A stretch of 64,000 nucleotides of DNA from Acidimicrobiales bacterium (GTDB lineage Bacteria; Actinomycetota; Acidimicrobiia; Acidimicrobiales; SZUA-35): NCBI GenBank assembly GCA_041394265.1, contig JAWKIO010000005.1, positions 603,531 through 667,530 of the forward strand, given 5' to 3'. A model generated the notes under the pieces. It was given only the letters and a program-made list of their open reading frames with translations, was not told where the DNA came from and did no database searches. The first letter of the stretch is position 1, and each line of letters starts with the position of its first letter. Below, in pieces: positions 7,930-17,631 of the stretch. Made by a program: the position numbers and the translations under genes.

Positions 7930-9738
7930 TCAGCTGCCCTCGCGTTCTGCAGAGAGTTCTAGCCACCGCTCCTCCTGCTCGGCCAGTTCCGATTCGATTT
8001 TGGCCAGAGCGTTGCCGATGTCGGTGAGCTTCACGTGATCGGATCCGGCGGCTGCGAGGTCGGCGTGCAGCGAGGTCTTCGAGCGCTCGAGTCGGGCCAT
8101 CGCCTTCTCGGTTTCCCGGATCAGGTGCCCCAGCGTGCTCGATGAGCGCCCGGACTTGACCTTCGTCCTCGTGTCGCCCTTGCGTGCCGGCTGGTCGTCG
8201 CTCGCCGACTGGCCCTGCCCCTTGCCGGCCGCAGCCTGCCCGGCACCGCTGGACCGGGCAGCGCCGGACTTGGCGTTCGCTCGCCGGTGTTCGTCCCAGG
8301 CGTTGTAACCCCCGGGATAGCGACCGGCGCTCCCGCTGCCGTCGATGATCAGCGCGTCGGCAACGACCCGTTCGAGGAACGCCCGATCGTGTGAGACCAC
8401 GACCACGGCGCCCGGCCAGTCCTCGAGGAAGTCCTCGAGCGCTCGCAGGGTCTCGAGATCGAGGTCGTTGGTCGGTTCGTCGAGCAGCAACACATTGGGT
8501 TTGGAGGCCAGGATCGTGAGGAGCTGGAGCCGGCGGCGTTCACCACCGGACAGCGTGTGGACCTCGGCCCACTGGGCGTCGGAGTCGAACCAGAAGCTCT
8601 CGAGCAGCCGGGCATCGGTCCAGTCGGGCTGGCGATGGGGGCCGGCGATGACTTCGCGGACCCGGGCGTTCGGGTCGAGTTCTTGATCCTGCTGGGTGTA
8701 GTAGCCGAGCTGCACCGTCGACCCCCACGTCACCGTGCCATGCTGCGGCTCGCGCCGTTTCGCCATGAAGTCGAGCATCGTGGTCTTGCCTGCGCCGTTC
8801 GGGCCGACGATGCCCAACCGCTCACGAGGATCGAGGCGCAGCTCGATGTCGTCGAACAGCGTGCGTCCATCGGGCGCAACGGCGGTGACGCCCTCGAGTT
8901 CGATGACGACGTCGCCGAGCCTCGGGGTGCCGAACTCCATGTGGAGCTGCGCCGGGCGGGCCGGGCCCTCCAGCTTCTGGCCGATGAGCTCCTTGGCCGC
9001 TTCGACCCGGTACTTGGGTTTGGACGTGCGGGCCTTCGCTCCACGGCGCAGCCATTCGAGTTCGCTGCGTGCCAGATTGCGGCGGATGGCATCGGCTGCG
9101 GCGGCGGCTTCGGCCCGGCCGGCCTTGCTGTCGAGGTAGTCGGCGTAGTTCCCCTCGTGGACGTATGACGAACCGCGGTCGAGTTCGAGCATCCGGGTCG
9201 TGACCCGATCGAGGACGTGGCGGTCGTGGGTGACGAGCAGCAGCGCACCTCGGTAAGCCGCAAGCCAGTCTTCGAGCCACTCGATGCCTTCGAGGTCGAG
9301 ATGGTTGGTCGGCTCGTCGAGGATGAGGAGGTCGCTCGGCGTCACCAGGGCCTTCGCCAGACCCACTCGCTTCACCTCACCGCCCGACAGTGCATTGGTC
9401 TGCCGATCGAAGTGGTTCCCCATGCCGAGGCGGGTGAGCACCGACTCGGCCTCCCACTGCTCGACGCCGTCGGCTGCGGTGACTGCCTCGAGCACGGTGC
9501 CGGCGGGCAGAGGTGCGTCTTGGTCGAGCATGACGACCCGGACTCCGCGGCCGAAGATCACGGTGCCACTCTCGGGTTGCTGACGGCCGGCGAGGACCCG
9601 GAGCAGCGTGGACTTGCCGGTGCCGTTGATGCCGACGATGCCGAGTCGATCCCCGGTGCGAACGGTGACCGAGACGTCTCGGAACAGGTCGCGGTCGGGA
9701 CGAGACATGGTCACGGCATCGGCGTCGATCAGAATCAC
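7930..9738 (-). CDS. ABC-F family ATP-binding protein (Uup-like)
   Basis: Two ABC cassettes (GINGTGKS/LSGGE/LDEPTNHLD and GPNGAGKT/LSGGE/LDEPTNDLD), no TM segments, C-terminal coiled coil. Confidence 0.93.
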   Translation of the reverse strand: MILIDADAVTMSRPDRDLFRDVSVTVRTGDRLGIVGINGTGKSTLLRVLAGRQQPESGTVIFGRGVRVVMLDQDAPLPAGTVLEAVTAADGVEQWEAESVLTRLGMGNHFDRQTNALSGGEVKRVGLAKALVTPSDLLILDEPTNHLDLEGIEWLEDWLAAYRGALLLVTHDRHVLDRVTTRMLELDRGSSYVHEGNYADYLDSKAGRAEAAAAADAIRRNLARSELEWLRRGAKARTSKPKYRVEAAKELIGQKLEGPARPAQLHMEFGTPRLGDVVIELEGVTAVAPDGRTLFDDIELRLDPRERLGIVGPNGAGKTTMLDFMAKRREPQHGTVTWGSTVQLGYYTQQDQELDPNARVREVIAGPHRQPDWTDARLLESFWFDSDAQWAEVHTLSGGERRRLQLLTILASKPNVLLLDEPTNDLDLETLRALEDFLEDWPGAVVVVSHDRAFLERVVADALIIDGSGSAGRYPGGYNAWDEHRRANAKSGAARSSGAGQAAAGKGQGQSASDDQPARKGDTRTKVKSGRSSSTLGHLIRETEKAMARLERSKTSLHADLAAAGSDHVKLTDIGNALAKIESELAEQEERWLELSAEREGS

Positions 9739-9742
9739 CGTG

Positions 9743-10418
9743 CAAGGCTAACGACGTCGTCACGCGTGGCCGACGAAGGAGGCACGCCCACGAACAGCCG
9801 GACCAGATCGGCGAAGCCGGGACCGGCGGACACGGTCCAAGGCCAACGACGTCGTCGCGTGGCCGACGGAAGAGGTACGCCCACGAACACCCGGACCAGA
9901 TCGGCGAAGCCGGGACCGGCGGACACGGTCCAAGGCCAACGACGTCGTCACGCGTGGCCGACGGAAGAGGTACGCCCACGAACACCCGGACCAGATCGGC
10001 GAAGCCGGGACCGGCGGACACGGTCCAAGGCCAACGACGTCGTCACGCGTGGCCGACGAAGGAGGCACGCCCACGAACACCCGGACCAGATCGGCGAAGC
10101 CGGGACCGGCAGACACGGTCCAAGGCCAACGACGTCGTCACGTGGCCGACGGAGGAGGCACGCCCACGAACACCCGGACCAGATCGGCGAAGCCGGGACC
10201 GGCGGACACGGTCCAAGGCCAACGACGTCGTCACGCGTGGCCGACGAAGGAGGCACGCCCACGCCCACGCCCACGAACCCCGGACCAGATCGGCGAAGCC
10301 GGGACCGGCAGACACGGTCCAAGGCCAACGACGTCGTCACGCGTGGCCGACGAAGGAGGCACGCCCACGAACAGCCGGACCAGATCGGCGAAGCCGGGAC
10401 CGGCGGACACGGTCCAAG
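9743..10418. repeat. Tandem array of 7 copies of a ~95-bp unit
   Basis: Units start at 9743, 9838, 9931, 10026, 10121, 10214 and 10320 (93-106 bp). Consensus caaggccaacgacgtcgtcacgcgtggccgacgaaggaggcacgcccacgaacacccggaccagatcggcgaagccgggaccggcggacacggtc. Confidence 0.95.
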
Positions 10419-10434
10419 CAATAGAGTCCAATTC

Positions 10435-11253
10435 ATGGCTGGCATTCTCGGTGACCCGCTCGACATGCACGATCCTGCTCGGCGTCGGCCATCGTGGCCG
10501 AAGCTGCCGGCCACTCGTGGGCTCGTCGTGCGGCATCGGACGACGGGCTACGTCGGCCATGTGATGCGCTACAGCCCGGATTGGATCACGCTGCGCGATC
10601 AACAGGGCCGGGAGCACGTGCTCCGCAACGATCGCGGCGCCTTCTCACACGAGGGGAAGACGGTGGTGCTGGTGGCACCGCCCAAGCCGACCAAGGCGAC
10701 CGAGTTCACTGCTTCCGGGTCGGTGGCGCTCGACAACGTGGCAGCCCGGGTGGCCCAGCCGAGTCGAATCCTCGTCGAGGGCATTCACGATGCCGAACTC
10801 GTCGAGAAGGTGTGGGGTGCCGATCTTCGGATCGAGGGTGTCGTGGTGCAACCGCTCCACGGCGCCGACGACCTGCGGGAGATCGTGAGCCGGTTCGGCC
10901 CGCGTCCCGGTCGCCGCCTCGGGGTCCTACTCGACCATCTGGTCGACGGTTCCAAGGAAACCCGCATCGCCGACACGATCGACCATCCCGACGTCCTCAT
11001 CACGGGCCACCCGTACGTCGACATCTGGCAGGCGGTCCGCCCATCGGTGCTCGGCATCGGCGCCTGGCCGACGATCCCGAAGGGCACCGATTGGAAACGA
11101 GGGATCTGCGACGAGTTCGGCTTCAAGGGTGAGCCGGGTGAGCTGTGGAAGCGAATCCTCGACCGGGTGACCGGCTACCGGGATCTCGAGCCGGGACTCG
11201 TCGGCGCCGTCGAGCAGCTGATCGACTTCGTCTCGCCTCCTCCCGTCGACTGA
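10435..11253 (+). CDS. DUF3097 family protein (actinobacterial, Toprim-like)
   Basis: SRILVEGIHDAELVEKVWGADLRIEGVVV and GHPYVDIWQAVRP match the family as recalled. ATG at 10435. Confidence 0.85.
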   Translation: MAGILGDPLDMHDPARRRPSWPKLPATRGLVVRHRTTGYVGHVMRYSPDWITLRDQQGREHVLRNDRGAFSHEGKTVVLVAPPKPTKATEFTASGSVALDNVAARVAQPSRILVEGIHDAELVEKVWGADLRIEGVVVQPLHGADDLREIVSRFGPRPGRRLGVLLDHLVDGSKETRIADTIDHPDVLITGHPYVDIWQAVRPSVLGIGAWPTIPKGTDWKRGICDEFGFKGEPGELWKRILDRVTGYRDLEPGLVGAVEQLIDFVSPPPVD

Positions 11254-11260
11254 CGGCGCC

Positions 11261-11287
11261 GACCGAGGCTGGACGGACCGAGGCTGG
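11261..11287. repeat. Short direct repeat gaccgaggctgg x2 between convergent genes
   Basis: Copies at 11261 and 11276. Confidence 0.6.
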
Positions 11288-11314
11288 GCAGACCGTACGT
11301 CCGAGCGAGCGACG

Positions 11315-12928
11315 TCAGCCCCGCCGAGCCGGGCGCGAGGAGCCGGTGTCGGCAAGCGCTCGACTCACTTCGAGCGAGGTCATGCCCGGCGTGTTCGAAA
11401 CCGTGTCGCGGGGCTTGAACCAGACCTCGGGGTCGATCACCGACGCGTCGACCGGCTTGTTGAAGAGGTAGCCCTGCATGACGTTGACGCCCAGGTCGAG
11501 CAGCTGACGAACTTGGCGCTCGTTCTCGACACCTTCGGCCACGATGTTCATGTCGAGCGCCTTGGCCATGGCGATGATGGCCTCGATGATCGCGCGATTC
11601 GACGTGCCCTGCTCCATGGAGTCGACGAAGGTCTTGTCGATCTTCAGCGTGGTCACCATGTCGAACTGCTTGACGTAGCTCAACGAGGACTGGCCCGTGC
11701 CGAAGTCATCGATCGCCAGGTTGACGCCGAGGTCGCGGATGTCGCGCAGCATCTTCAGGCCGTCGAGATGATCGACGATCACGTCCTCGATGATCTCGAG
11801 CACGAGTTGCTGGGGCGGCAGCCCACTCCAGGCCAGGATGTCGGCCACGCGTTGGGGCAGCTGGGTATCGAGGAGTTGCTGCTCGGCGATGTTGACTGCC
11901 ATGCGGATGTTGCGAGCATCGGGCGACAGGTGGTTCCACACCGCGGCCTGGGCGCACGCTTCCTTCAGCACCATCTCGCCGATACGTGCTATCATGCCGG
12001 TCTCCTCGGCAACCCCGAGGAACTCGCCGGGACCGATCAGGCCGCGAGTCGGGTGGTTCCAGCGGACCAGCGCCTCGAAGCCGTAGAGCCGCTTCTGCGG
12101 CACGTTGACGAGTGGCTGGTAGAAGACGACGAGCTGTTCCTCGTCGAGGGCTCGAACGAGGTCGCGCTCGATGTCGAGGCGGTTCATCACCTGCTGGCGC
12201 TGAGCTTCGTCGAACACGGCGTAGCCGCTGCGGCTCTTCTTGGCCCGGTACATGGCGGCGTCGGCGTCGCGAACGAGGTCTTCGGGCTTGCGGGTGTCGG
12301 CCGGCAGTGCGATGGCCACACCGATCGATGTCGAGACGACCTGGGCGGCACCGTTCAGCGAGACCGGCTGCTGGAACGACTTGAGGATCTGTTCGGCGAC
12401 GGCGAGCACGGAGCGTTCCGAGAGCAGATCTCGGCAGACGACGACGAACTCGTCGCCGCCGAAGCGGGCCACCATGTCGCTGCCGCGCACGGCACTCTTG
12501 AGTCGGGTGGCGACGATCCGCAGCAGCTCATCGCCGGCTTCGTGCCCCATCGAGTCGTTGATGACCTTGAACCGGTCGAGATCGAGGAACAGCACACCGA
12601 GGACGGTGTCGTTCTTCTTGGCGCGAGCCGAAGCCCGTTCGAGTTCGACGAACAGCGAGTTCCGGTTGGCGAGTCCGGTGAGGTTGTCGTGCTGCGCCTG
12701 GTGCTCGACTTGCGCCAACGAGTGCACGTTGTGGCGCTGGGACCAGTTCTGCCAGATGGCGCCGACGCCACCACCGATGGCACCGACGGCGCCAGAGGCT
12801 CCGGCGATGACGAGCGACGACTGTGAGAGGTCGGCAACGATGAAGAGCGCGGCAAGCCAAACAACGGCGGTGGCGATACCACAGCCGATCACGATCCCTG
12901 GTGACAGGGCTACTCGCCGGTCGTACAC
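11315..12928 (-). CDS. Membrane-anchored diguanylate cyclase / phosphodiesterase (GGDEF-EAL)
   Basis: Two TM helices, then RFGGDEF, FEALVRW and IDDFGTG. Confidence 0.93.
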   Translation of the reverse strand: MYDRRVALSPGIVIGCGIATAVVWLAALFIVADLSQSSLVIAGASGAVGAIGGGVGAIWQNWSQRHNVHSLAQVEHQAQHDNLTGLANRNSLFVELERASARAKKNDTVLGVLFLDLDRFKVINDSMGHEAGDELLRIVATRLKSAVRGSDMVARFGGDEFVVVCRDLLSERSVLAVAEQILKSFQQPVSLNGAAQVVSTSIGVAIALPADTRKPEDLVRDADAAMYRAKKSRSGYAVFDEAQRQQVMNRLDIERDLVRALDEEQLVVFYQPLVNVPQKRLYGFEALVRWNHPTRGLIGPGEFLGVAEETGMIARIGEMVLKEACAQAAVWNHLSPDARNIRMAVNIAEQQLLDTQLPQRVADILAWSGLPPQQLVLEIIEDVIVDHLDGLKMLRDIRDLGVNLAIDDFGTGQSSLSYVKQFDMVTTLKIDKTFVDSMEQGTSNRAIIEAIIAMAKALDMNIVAEGVENERQVRQLLDLGVNVMQGYLFNKPVDASVIDPEVWFKPRDTVSNTPGMTSLEVSRALADTGSSRPARRG

Positions 12929-13080
12929 CCTTCCATTAACGGCAGAAGATCGGCCGAGTTGAGCGCTCAGGTCCGCCGATTCGCTGCCGATAGTGAGACA
13001 GCACCGGGGAGGTGTCGCTCACGGGCGCCCACCCTCGTTCTCGACCACGCTCGCACCGGAAAGGGGGCTTCGGACTCTCC

Positions 13081-13857
13081 ATGACAACCGAACGTTCCCG
13101 TACCCCGAGTCTGGCGCTCAGCCGCCATGCCCAGATGGCCGAGGCCTTCGAGATCTTCGCCGCGGGCATGGGCCCCTTCATCGACGAGCGCATGACCCGC
13201 TACTTCGCCGACGACCCCTCCTGGGAGGAAGCGGCGGCGAATCGAATGGGTCGCGCCAACGAGCACGGGGCAGCCGACCCGCTGTTCCAGCTGCTGGTCA
13301 TGCGACGGTTCTGGGGCCCCGTCTTCGCCGAGTTCTTCGGCCAGGATCTCCGTGGTCTGGTTGCCCAACTCGTCGAGGCCCGGAATCTGTGGGCGCACTT
13401 CAATCTGCCCGACGACACGGCCTATCTCGACCGAATCCTCCTCGCCATCGAGCGCATCCTCGCGCCGGTCGATCCCGATCCGGTCCGTCAGCTGCGCCAG
13501 CTCCGCGGCCGGCTGAAGAATCCGACCACTGACGACACCGAAGCCTCCGATCTCGAGGCATCGATCGACATCGTCGCGCTCAGGGCCCAACTCGGCGAGA
13601 GTGAAGGCGCATTCCAAGAGGTGCAGTCGCAGCTCGACAACATGAAGAAGCAGCTGGACGTGAGCCGCAAGGCCTCGGCCGGCAAACAACTCCGCCTCAC
13701 GCAGCTCGAACAGGAACTGCTCGAACGCGAGGGGCGTGCCACGGAACTGGCAACGGCCATCGAGTTCGAGCGAATCACTCGCAATCGCGTGGAATGGCTC
13801 TTCGTCAGCTTCATCGCCGTGATGCTCGTGGTCATGGTCCTGCTCGCCCAGACCTGA
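13081..13857 (+). CDS. Swt1-like HEPN domain protein with coiled coil and C-terminal TM helix
   Basis: RNLWAH (R-x4-H) at 13381-13398 in a helical domain, a heptad-rich region, and a terminal WLFVSFIAVMLVVMVLL. Confidence 0.65.
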   Translation: MTTERSRTPSLALSRHAQMAEAFEIFAAGMGPFIDERMTRYFADDPSWEEAAANRMGRANEHGAADPLFQLLVMRRFWGPVFAEFFGQDLRGLVAQLVEARNLWAHFNLPDDTAYLDRILLAIERILAPVDPDPVRQLRQLRGRLKNPTTDDTEASDLEASIDIVALRAQLGESEGAFQEVQSQLDNMKKQLDVSRKASAGKQLRLTQLEQELLEREGRATELATAIEFERITRNRVEWLFVSFIAVMLVVMVLLAQT

Positions 13858-13918
13858 CGGTCCAGCGGTACCAGCCCGGCGTCGGTGCTAGCGTCCGAGC
13901 GACGACGGGGGGACCGAC

Positions 13919-15013
13919 GTGAACGCACTACCCACATCGAGCCAGGCCATCACGGTCGACTGGCTCAACATCGCCTTGAGCGACGAGGTACGAGATGGCG
14001 CCCGCGTCACGAAGGTCGATGCCGAGGTCATCGGCGAAGGCGTCGGCTTCATCGGCGAGGTGGCTCGGCTGACCCTGACCTACGACGCGCCGACGCCTTC
14101 ATCCACGACGTCGATGATTTCCAAGCTGCCGACGACCAATGAGGGGTTCAAGCATCTCGGACTCATGCTCGGCTTCTACGAGAAGGAGTCGGGGTTCTTC
14201 CGTGACGTCGCGCCCGAGATCCAACTCCGGATCCCAGCGTGCTTCCACAACGCAGCCCACGACAACGACTTCATCCTCCTGCTCGAGGACCTCGCGCCGA
14301 TGCGCGCCGGGAACCAGCTCGCCTCCTGCACCTTGGAGGAAGCCGGGCTGGCGCTCGAGGCGGTGGCGCTGCTTCATGCCCACTGGTGGCAGAACCCCCG
14401 TCTCGAGGAGTTCTCGTCATGGCTCCCCGGTCCGGACAGCCCCTACTTCCAGATCCTGAAGGGTGCGTATCTCGGTGGGCTCGAGCGGTTCCACACCGTC
14501 TTCGGCCACCTCGTCAGCCCGGACATCGAATTGCTCGTGAACCGAGCTGCCGAGGACTACGAGGCCATGGTCGCGGCCGGGGCAGGACGGCATCCACACA
14601 CCTTCATCCACGGTGACTTCCGACTCGACAACATGATGTTCGGGGACGGACCCGACGACCCACCGTTCGCCCTGCTCGACTGGCAACTGCCGTTCCAGGC
14701 CAACCCATTGTGGGATGTCGTCTACTTCCTCGGCGGCAACTTCGAGCCTGCGTGGCGACGCACCCACGAGGACGAGTTGCTCGTTCGATACCACCAGGTG
14801 CTGGTGGCGAATGGTGTCGAGGACTACTCGCTCGAACACTGTCGGGAGGACTATCGCGCCGCAGGACTCGTGCTGCTCGGCTACCTGGTGACCGGAGCCA
14901 ACGATGTCGACCTCGACACGTTGAACGATCGCGGCCGGGAGCTCATCGAGACGATGTTCACCCGATACTCGACCACCATCCTCGATCTCGGCTCGGCCGA
15001 CTTCCTCCCCTGA
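13919..15013 (+). CDS. Phosphotransferase (APH/EcKL/choline kinase-like)
   Basis: LLLEDL, FIHGDFRLDNMMF and LLDWQ motifs. Confidence 0.88.
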   Translation: MNALPTSSQAITVDWLNIALSDEVRDGARVTKVDAEVIGEGVGFIGEVARLTLTYDAPTPSSTTSMISKLPTTNEGFKHLGLMLGFYEKESGFFRDVAPEIQLRIPACFHNAAHDNDFILLLEDLAPMRAGNQLASCTLEEAGLALEAVALLHAHWWQNPRLEEFSSWLPGPDSPYFQILKGAYLGGLERFHTVFGHLVSPDIELLVNRAAEDYEAMVAAGAGRHPHTFIHGDFRLDNMMFGDGPDDPPFALLDWQLPFQANPLWDVVYFLGGNFEPAWRRTHEDELLVRYHQVLVANGVEDYSLEHCREDYRAAGLVLLGYLVTGANDVDLDTLNDRGRELIETMFTRYSTTILDLGSADFLP

Positions 15014-15016
15014 GGC

Positions 15017-15919
15017 TCAGTTCGGGCGGCGGGTTGCTCGCGCCATCACACGGTCGACACAGCGCCGAACGGCGTCCGCACCTTGCGGGTGCAGCAGGAG
15101 ACCGTCGTGGTCGACGCCGGGAACGATGGCGGCAGCGACGTGGGCGTGGCGACGCTCGAGTTCCAGCGGATCGCCGAGCACCACGTCATCGGCGACGACA
15201 GGCCGGGCCCACGCGGCAACGCTGAGCACCTCGACAGGGACGCCGATCCGCTCGATGGCGCTGGATTTCGCCGGGTCGAGGAGGAGTTCGCTTCCGTCGA
15301 ACCAGACGGCTGACTCGTTGGTGCGGCTACGAACCTGAGGTGGTGTCCCACCGAGGTCGTGGAGCACGGTCGCCACGAACACGTCGTCGGCCGTACCGGT
15401 CGACATCCCTCGTGCTCGGGCGGCGAGCAGTGCCGTGTCGCGATCCGGATAGACCGTCCGCAACCGTTGCAGCAGTGGGAGCAACGCTGCGTCGATCACT
15501 ACGGCGTGATCGCCGATCACGCGGATCGGAACACCGCCGTCGATCAGGACGCAACCGTGGACGCGGTCCGGGTGACGTTCGGCCATGGAGGTGGCGATCG
15601 ACGCTCCCGTGCCGTGTCCGACGAGGACGCAGGAGCCGGCTCCGGTGTGATCGAGCACGGCGATCACGTCGGCAACGTGCGCATCGATGCCGAAGGGTTC
15701 GGGGAGCTCGCCGCTCGCGGCGCGGCCGCGAAGGTCCGGCGCCAGTGCGGTCGTCGCCGGGTCGAGTCGTGAGGTCACCGAGCGCCAACTCACCGAGTTC
15801 GCTGCAAGGTCGTGAAGGAACACCACGCTGCCGTTCGAGCGCTCGGGCGACGCGCCGCTGACCTCGACCGACAGCTCCCCACCCGCGACGGGCACCGAGA
15901 TCGAGCGTCGCTGCTGCAT
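15017..15919 (-). CDS. Alpha/beta hydrolase fold protein (nucleophile elbow reads GHGTG)
   Basis: VFLHDL, PDLRGRA and LVGHGTG motifs, with a C-terminal DH. Confidence 0.8.
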   Translation of the reverse strand: MQQRRSISVPVAGGELSVEVSGASPERSNGSVVFLHDLAANSVSWRSVTSRLDPATTALAPDLRGRAASGELPEPFGIDAHVADVIAVLDHTGAGSCVLVGHGTGASIATSMAERHPDRVHGCVLIDGGVPIRVIGDHAVVIDAALLPLLQRLRTVYPDRDTALLAARARGMSTGTADDVFVATVLHDLGGTPPQVRSRTNESAVWFDGSELLLDPAKSSAIERIGVPVEVLSVAAWARPVVADDVVLGDPLELERRHAHVAAAIVPGVDHDGLLLHPQGADAVRRCVDRVMARATRRPN

Positions 15920-15961
15920 GGACGTGAACCTACCGTTGGTTCTGACCTAACGTCGGGCGCC

Positions 15962-16720
15962 ATGGACCTTCGACTCGACGACAAAGTAGCCCTCGTGACC
16001 GGTGGATCACGAGGAATCGGCAAGGCGATCGCCACCATGTACGCCGAAGCCGGTGCCCGGGTGATGATCGTGTCCCGCAAGGCCGAGTCGCTCGAGGCCG
16101 CCGCCGCCGAGATCGGCCACGGATGCCAATGGATCTCGGCCAACACCGGCGATGCCGACTCGGCTGCCATGGCCATCGACGCCACCATCGAGCGCCTGGG
16201 TGGTCTCGACATCCTCGTCAACAACGCCGCGACGAACCCCTATGCCGGACCGATGATCGACGTCGACCAGGGCCGCTGGGAGAAGACGCTCCAGGTCAAC
16301 CTCACCGCTCCCCTGCTGTGGACCCAGACGGCGTGGCAGAAGGCGATGAAGGACAACGGCGGCGTCGTCATCAACATCTCGTCGGTCGGTGGGCTCAGCA
16401 CCAGTGCCGTGCTCGGGGTCTACGACCTCACCAAGTCGGCGCTCATCCACATGACCGAGCAGCTCGGCGCGGAACTCGGCCCCAAGGTGCGGGTCAACGT
16501 GATCTGCCCCGGCCTCATCAAGACCGATTTCGCTCGCATGCTCTGGGAGGGCGAACGGGGCGCCGAGGTGGCCGAGCGCTATCCGCTGAAGCGCCTGGGT
16601 GAGCCCGAAGACATCGCTGCGGCCGCTCTCTACCTGGCGAGCGACGCCGGGAGCTGGATGACCGGCCAGAAGATCGTCCTCGACGGCGGCGGTCTCGTGG
16701 CCTTCCCTGCCTTCGACTGA
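15962..16720 (+). CDS. SDR family oxidoreductase
   Basis: TGGSRGIG, NNAA, YDLTK and RVNVICPG motifs. Confidence 0.92.
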   Translation: MDLRLDDKVALVTGGSRGIGKAIATMYAEAGARVMIVSRKAESLEAAAAEIGHGCQWISANTGDADSAAMAIDATIERLGGLDILVNNAATNPYAGPMIDVDQGRWEKTLQVNLTAPLLWTQTAWQKAMKDNGGVVINISSVGGLSTSAVLGVYDLTKSALIHMTEQLGAELGPKVRVNVICPGLIKTDFARMLWEGERGAEVAERYPLKRLGEPEDIAAAALYLASDAGSWMTGQKIVLDGGGLVAFPAFD

Positions 16721-16753
16721 CCGACCATCGGCGCTCCTCGGCGAAGGTGCACC

Positions 16754-17542
16754 TCAGGGGGCGCCGAGCACCGATCGGCAGAAGGCTTCGGTCTCGGCGT
16801 CGAGCGGAAAGAAGCTCTCGAGCCGCAGTTCGTCGAGCGTGATGTTGCTCGGCGCGTTGAAGGCCGTGATGGTGGTCATGAACGACAAGACCGCATCGCC
16901 GACCCGGAACCGGAGCGGGATCGCCGGCTCGGCGCCGGCTGCCAGGTCGGGTTGCCGCCAGTCGTCGGGCACGTCGGGGGCGTCGAGCAGATCGGCCAAG
17001 AGGTCGGCCATGGCTTCGTCGTTGGGTCGGTGGAGGACCTCGCGCTGGATACGGCGCAGGATCTCGCTCGCCGTTCGCGGCCAGTCGTCGATCAGTGGTC
17101 GAGCTGCGGGGTCGAACAGCAGCCGAGCGACGTTGCGGTGAAGATCGAGGCCGGCGAGCGACATGAATCGTGCCGCCGCCTGATTCGTCGCAGCGAGCTC
17201 GTACCAGCGATCGACCACCAGCATCGGGAAGGGCTCGTGGTGGCGCAGCATGAGTTCGAGCGTCAGTTGGAGCGGCCCGTTGAGCATGGCCTCGACCCCG
17301 GGGTCGGGATAGTGGGCGTCGAACCCGGCTGCCCGCAGGACTTCATTGCGTGATCGCAGTGGGACATCGAGCGTTTCGAGCAACAACATGACCATCTCGA
17401 CGCTCGGACGCGATCGGCCGGTCTCGAGAAAGCTCAGGTGTCGAGTCGACACGCCGGCGTTGAGGCTGAGGTCGAGCTGGCTCAGCCCCCGCTGCGATCG
17501 CCAGTAGCGAAGTAGGGCGGGAAGCGCTCGATCTGTGGACAT
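16754..17542 (-). CDS. XRE-family HTH regulator with MmyB-like ligand-binding domain
   Basis: LRYWRSQRGLSQLDL...HLSFLETGRSRPS at the N-terminus; HHEPFP and LRLESFFPLD in the C-terminal domain. Confidence 0.88.
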   Translation of the reverse strand: MSTDRALPALLRYWRSQRGLSQLDLSLNAGVSTRHLSFLETGRSRPSVEMVMLLLETLDVPLRSRNEVLRAAGFDAHYPDPGVEAMLNGPLQLTLELMLRHHEPFPMLVVDRWYELAATNQAAARFMSLAGLDLHRNVARLLFDPAARPLIDDWPRTASEILRRIQREVLHRPNDEAMADLLADLLDAPDVPDDWRQPDLAAGAEPAIPLRFRVGDAVLSFMTTITAFNAPSNITLDELRLESFFPLDAETEAFCRSVLGAP

Positions 17543-17631
17543 GAACGCGAGCGTAGGATGCTCGGGCCTCGGGCGGCAGTTACCCGTACAGGTCATGGCC
17601 CAATGAGTCGCACATCCGTAGGTTCGATCCC

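Noticed and set aside
9743-10418. CRISPR array
   Set aside because: The units are near-identical over their whole length with no unique spacers, and there are no cas genes nearby.
9217-11253. 678-aa protein spanning the repeat array
   Set aside because: It overlaps ABC-F antisense and reads through stop-free repeats in shifting phases. Only 10435-11253 is protein-like.
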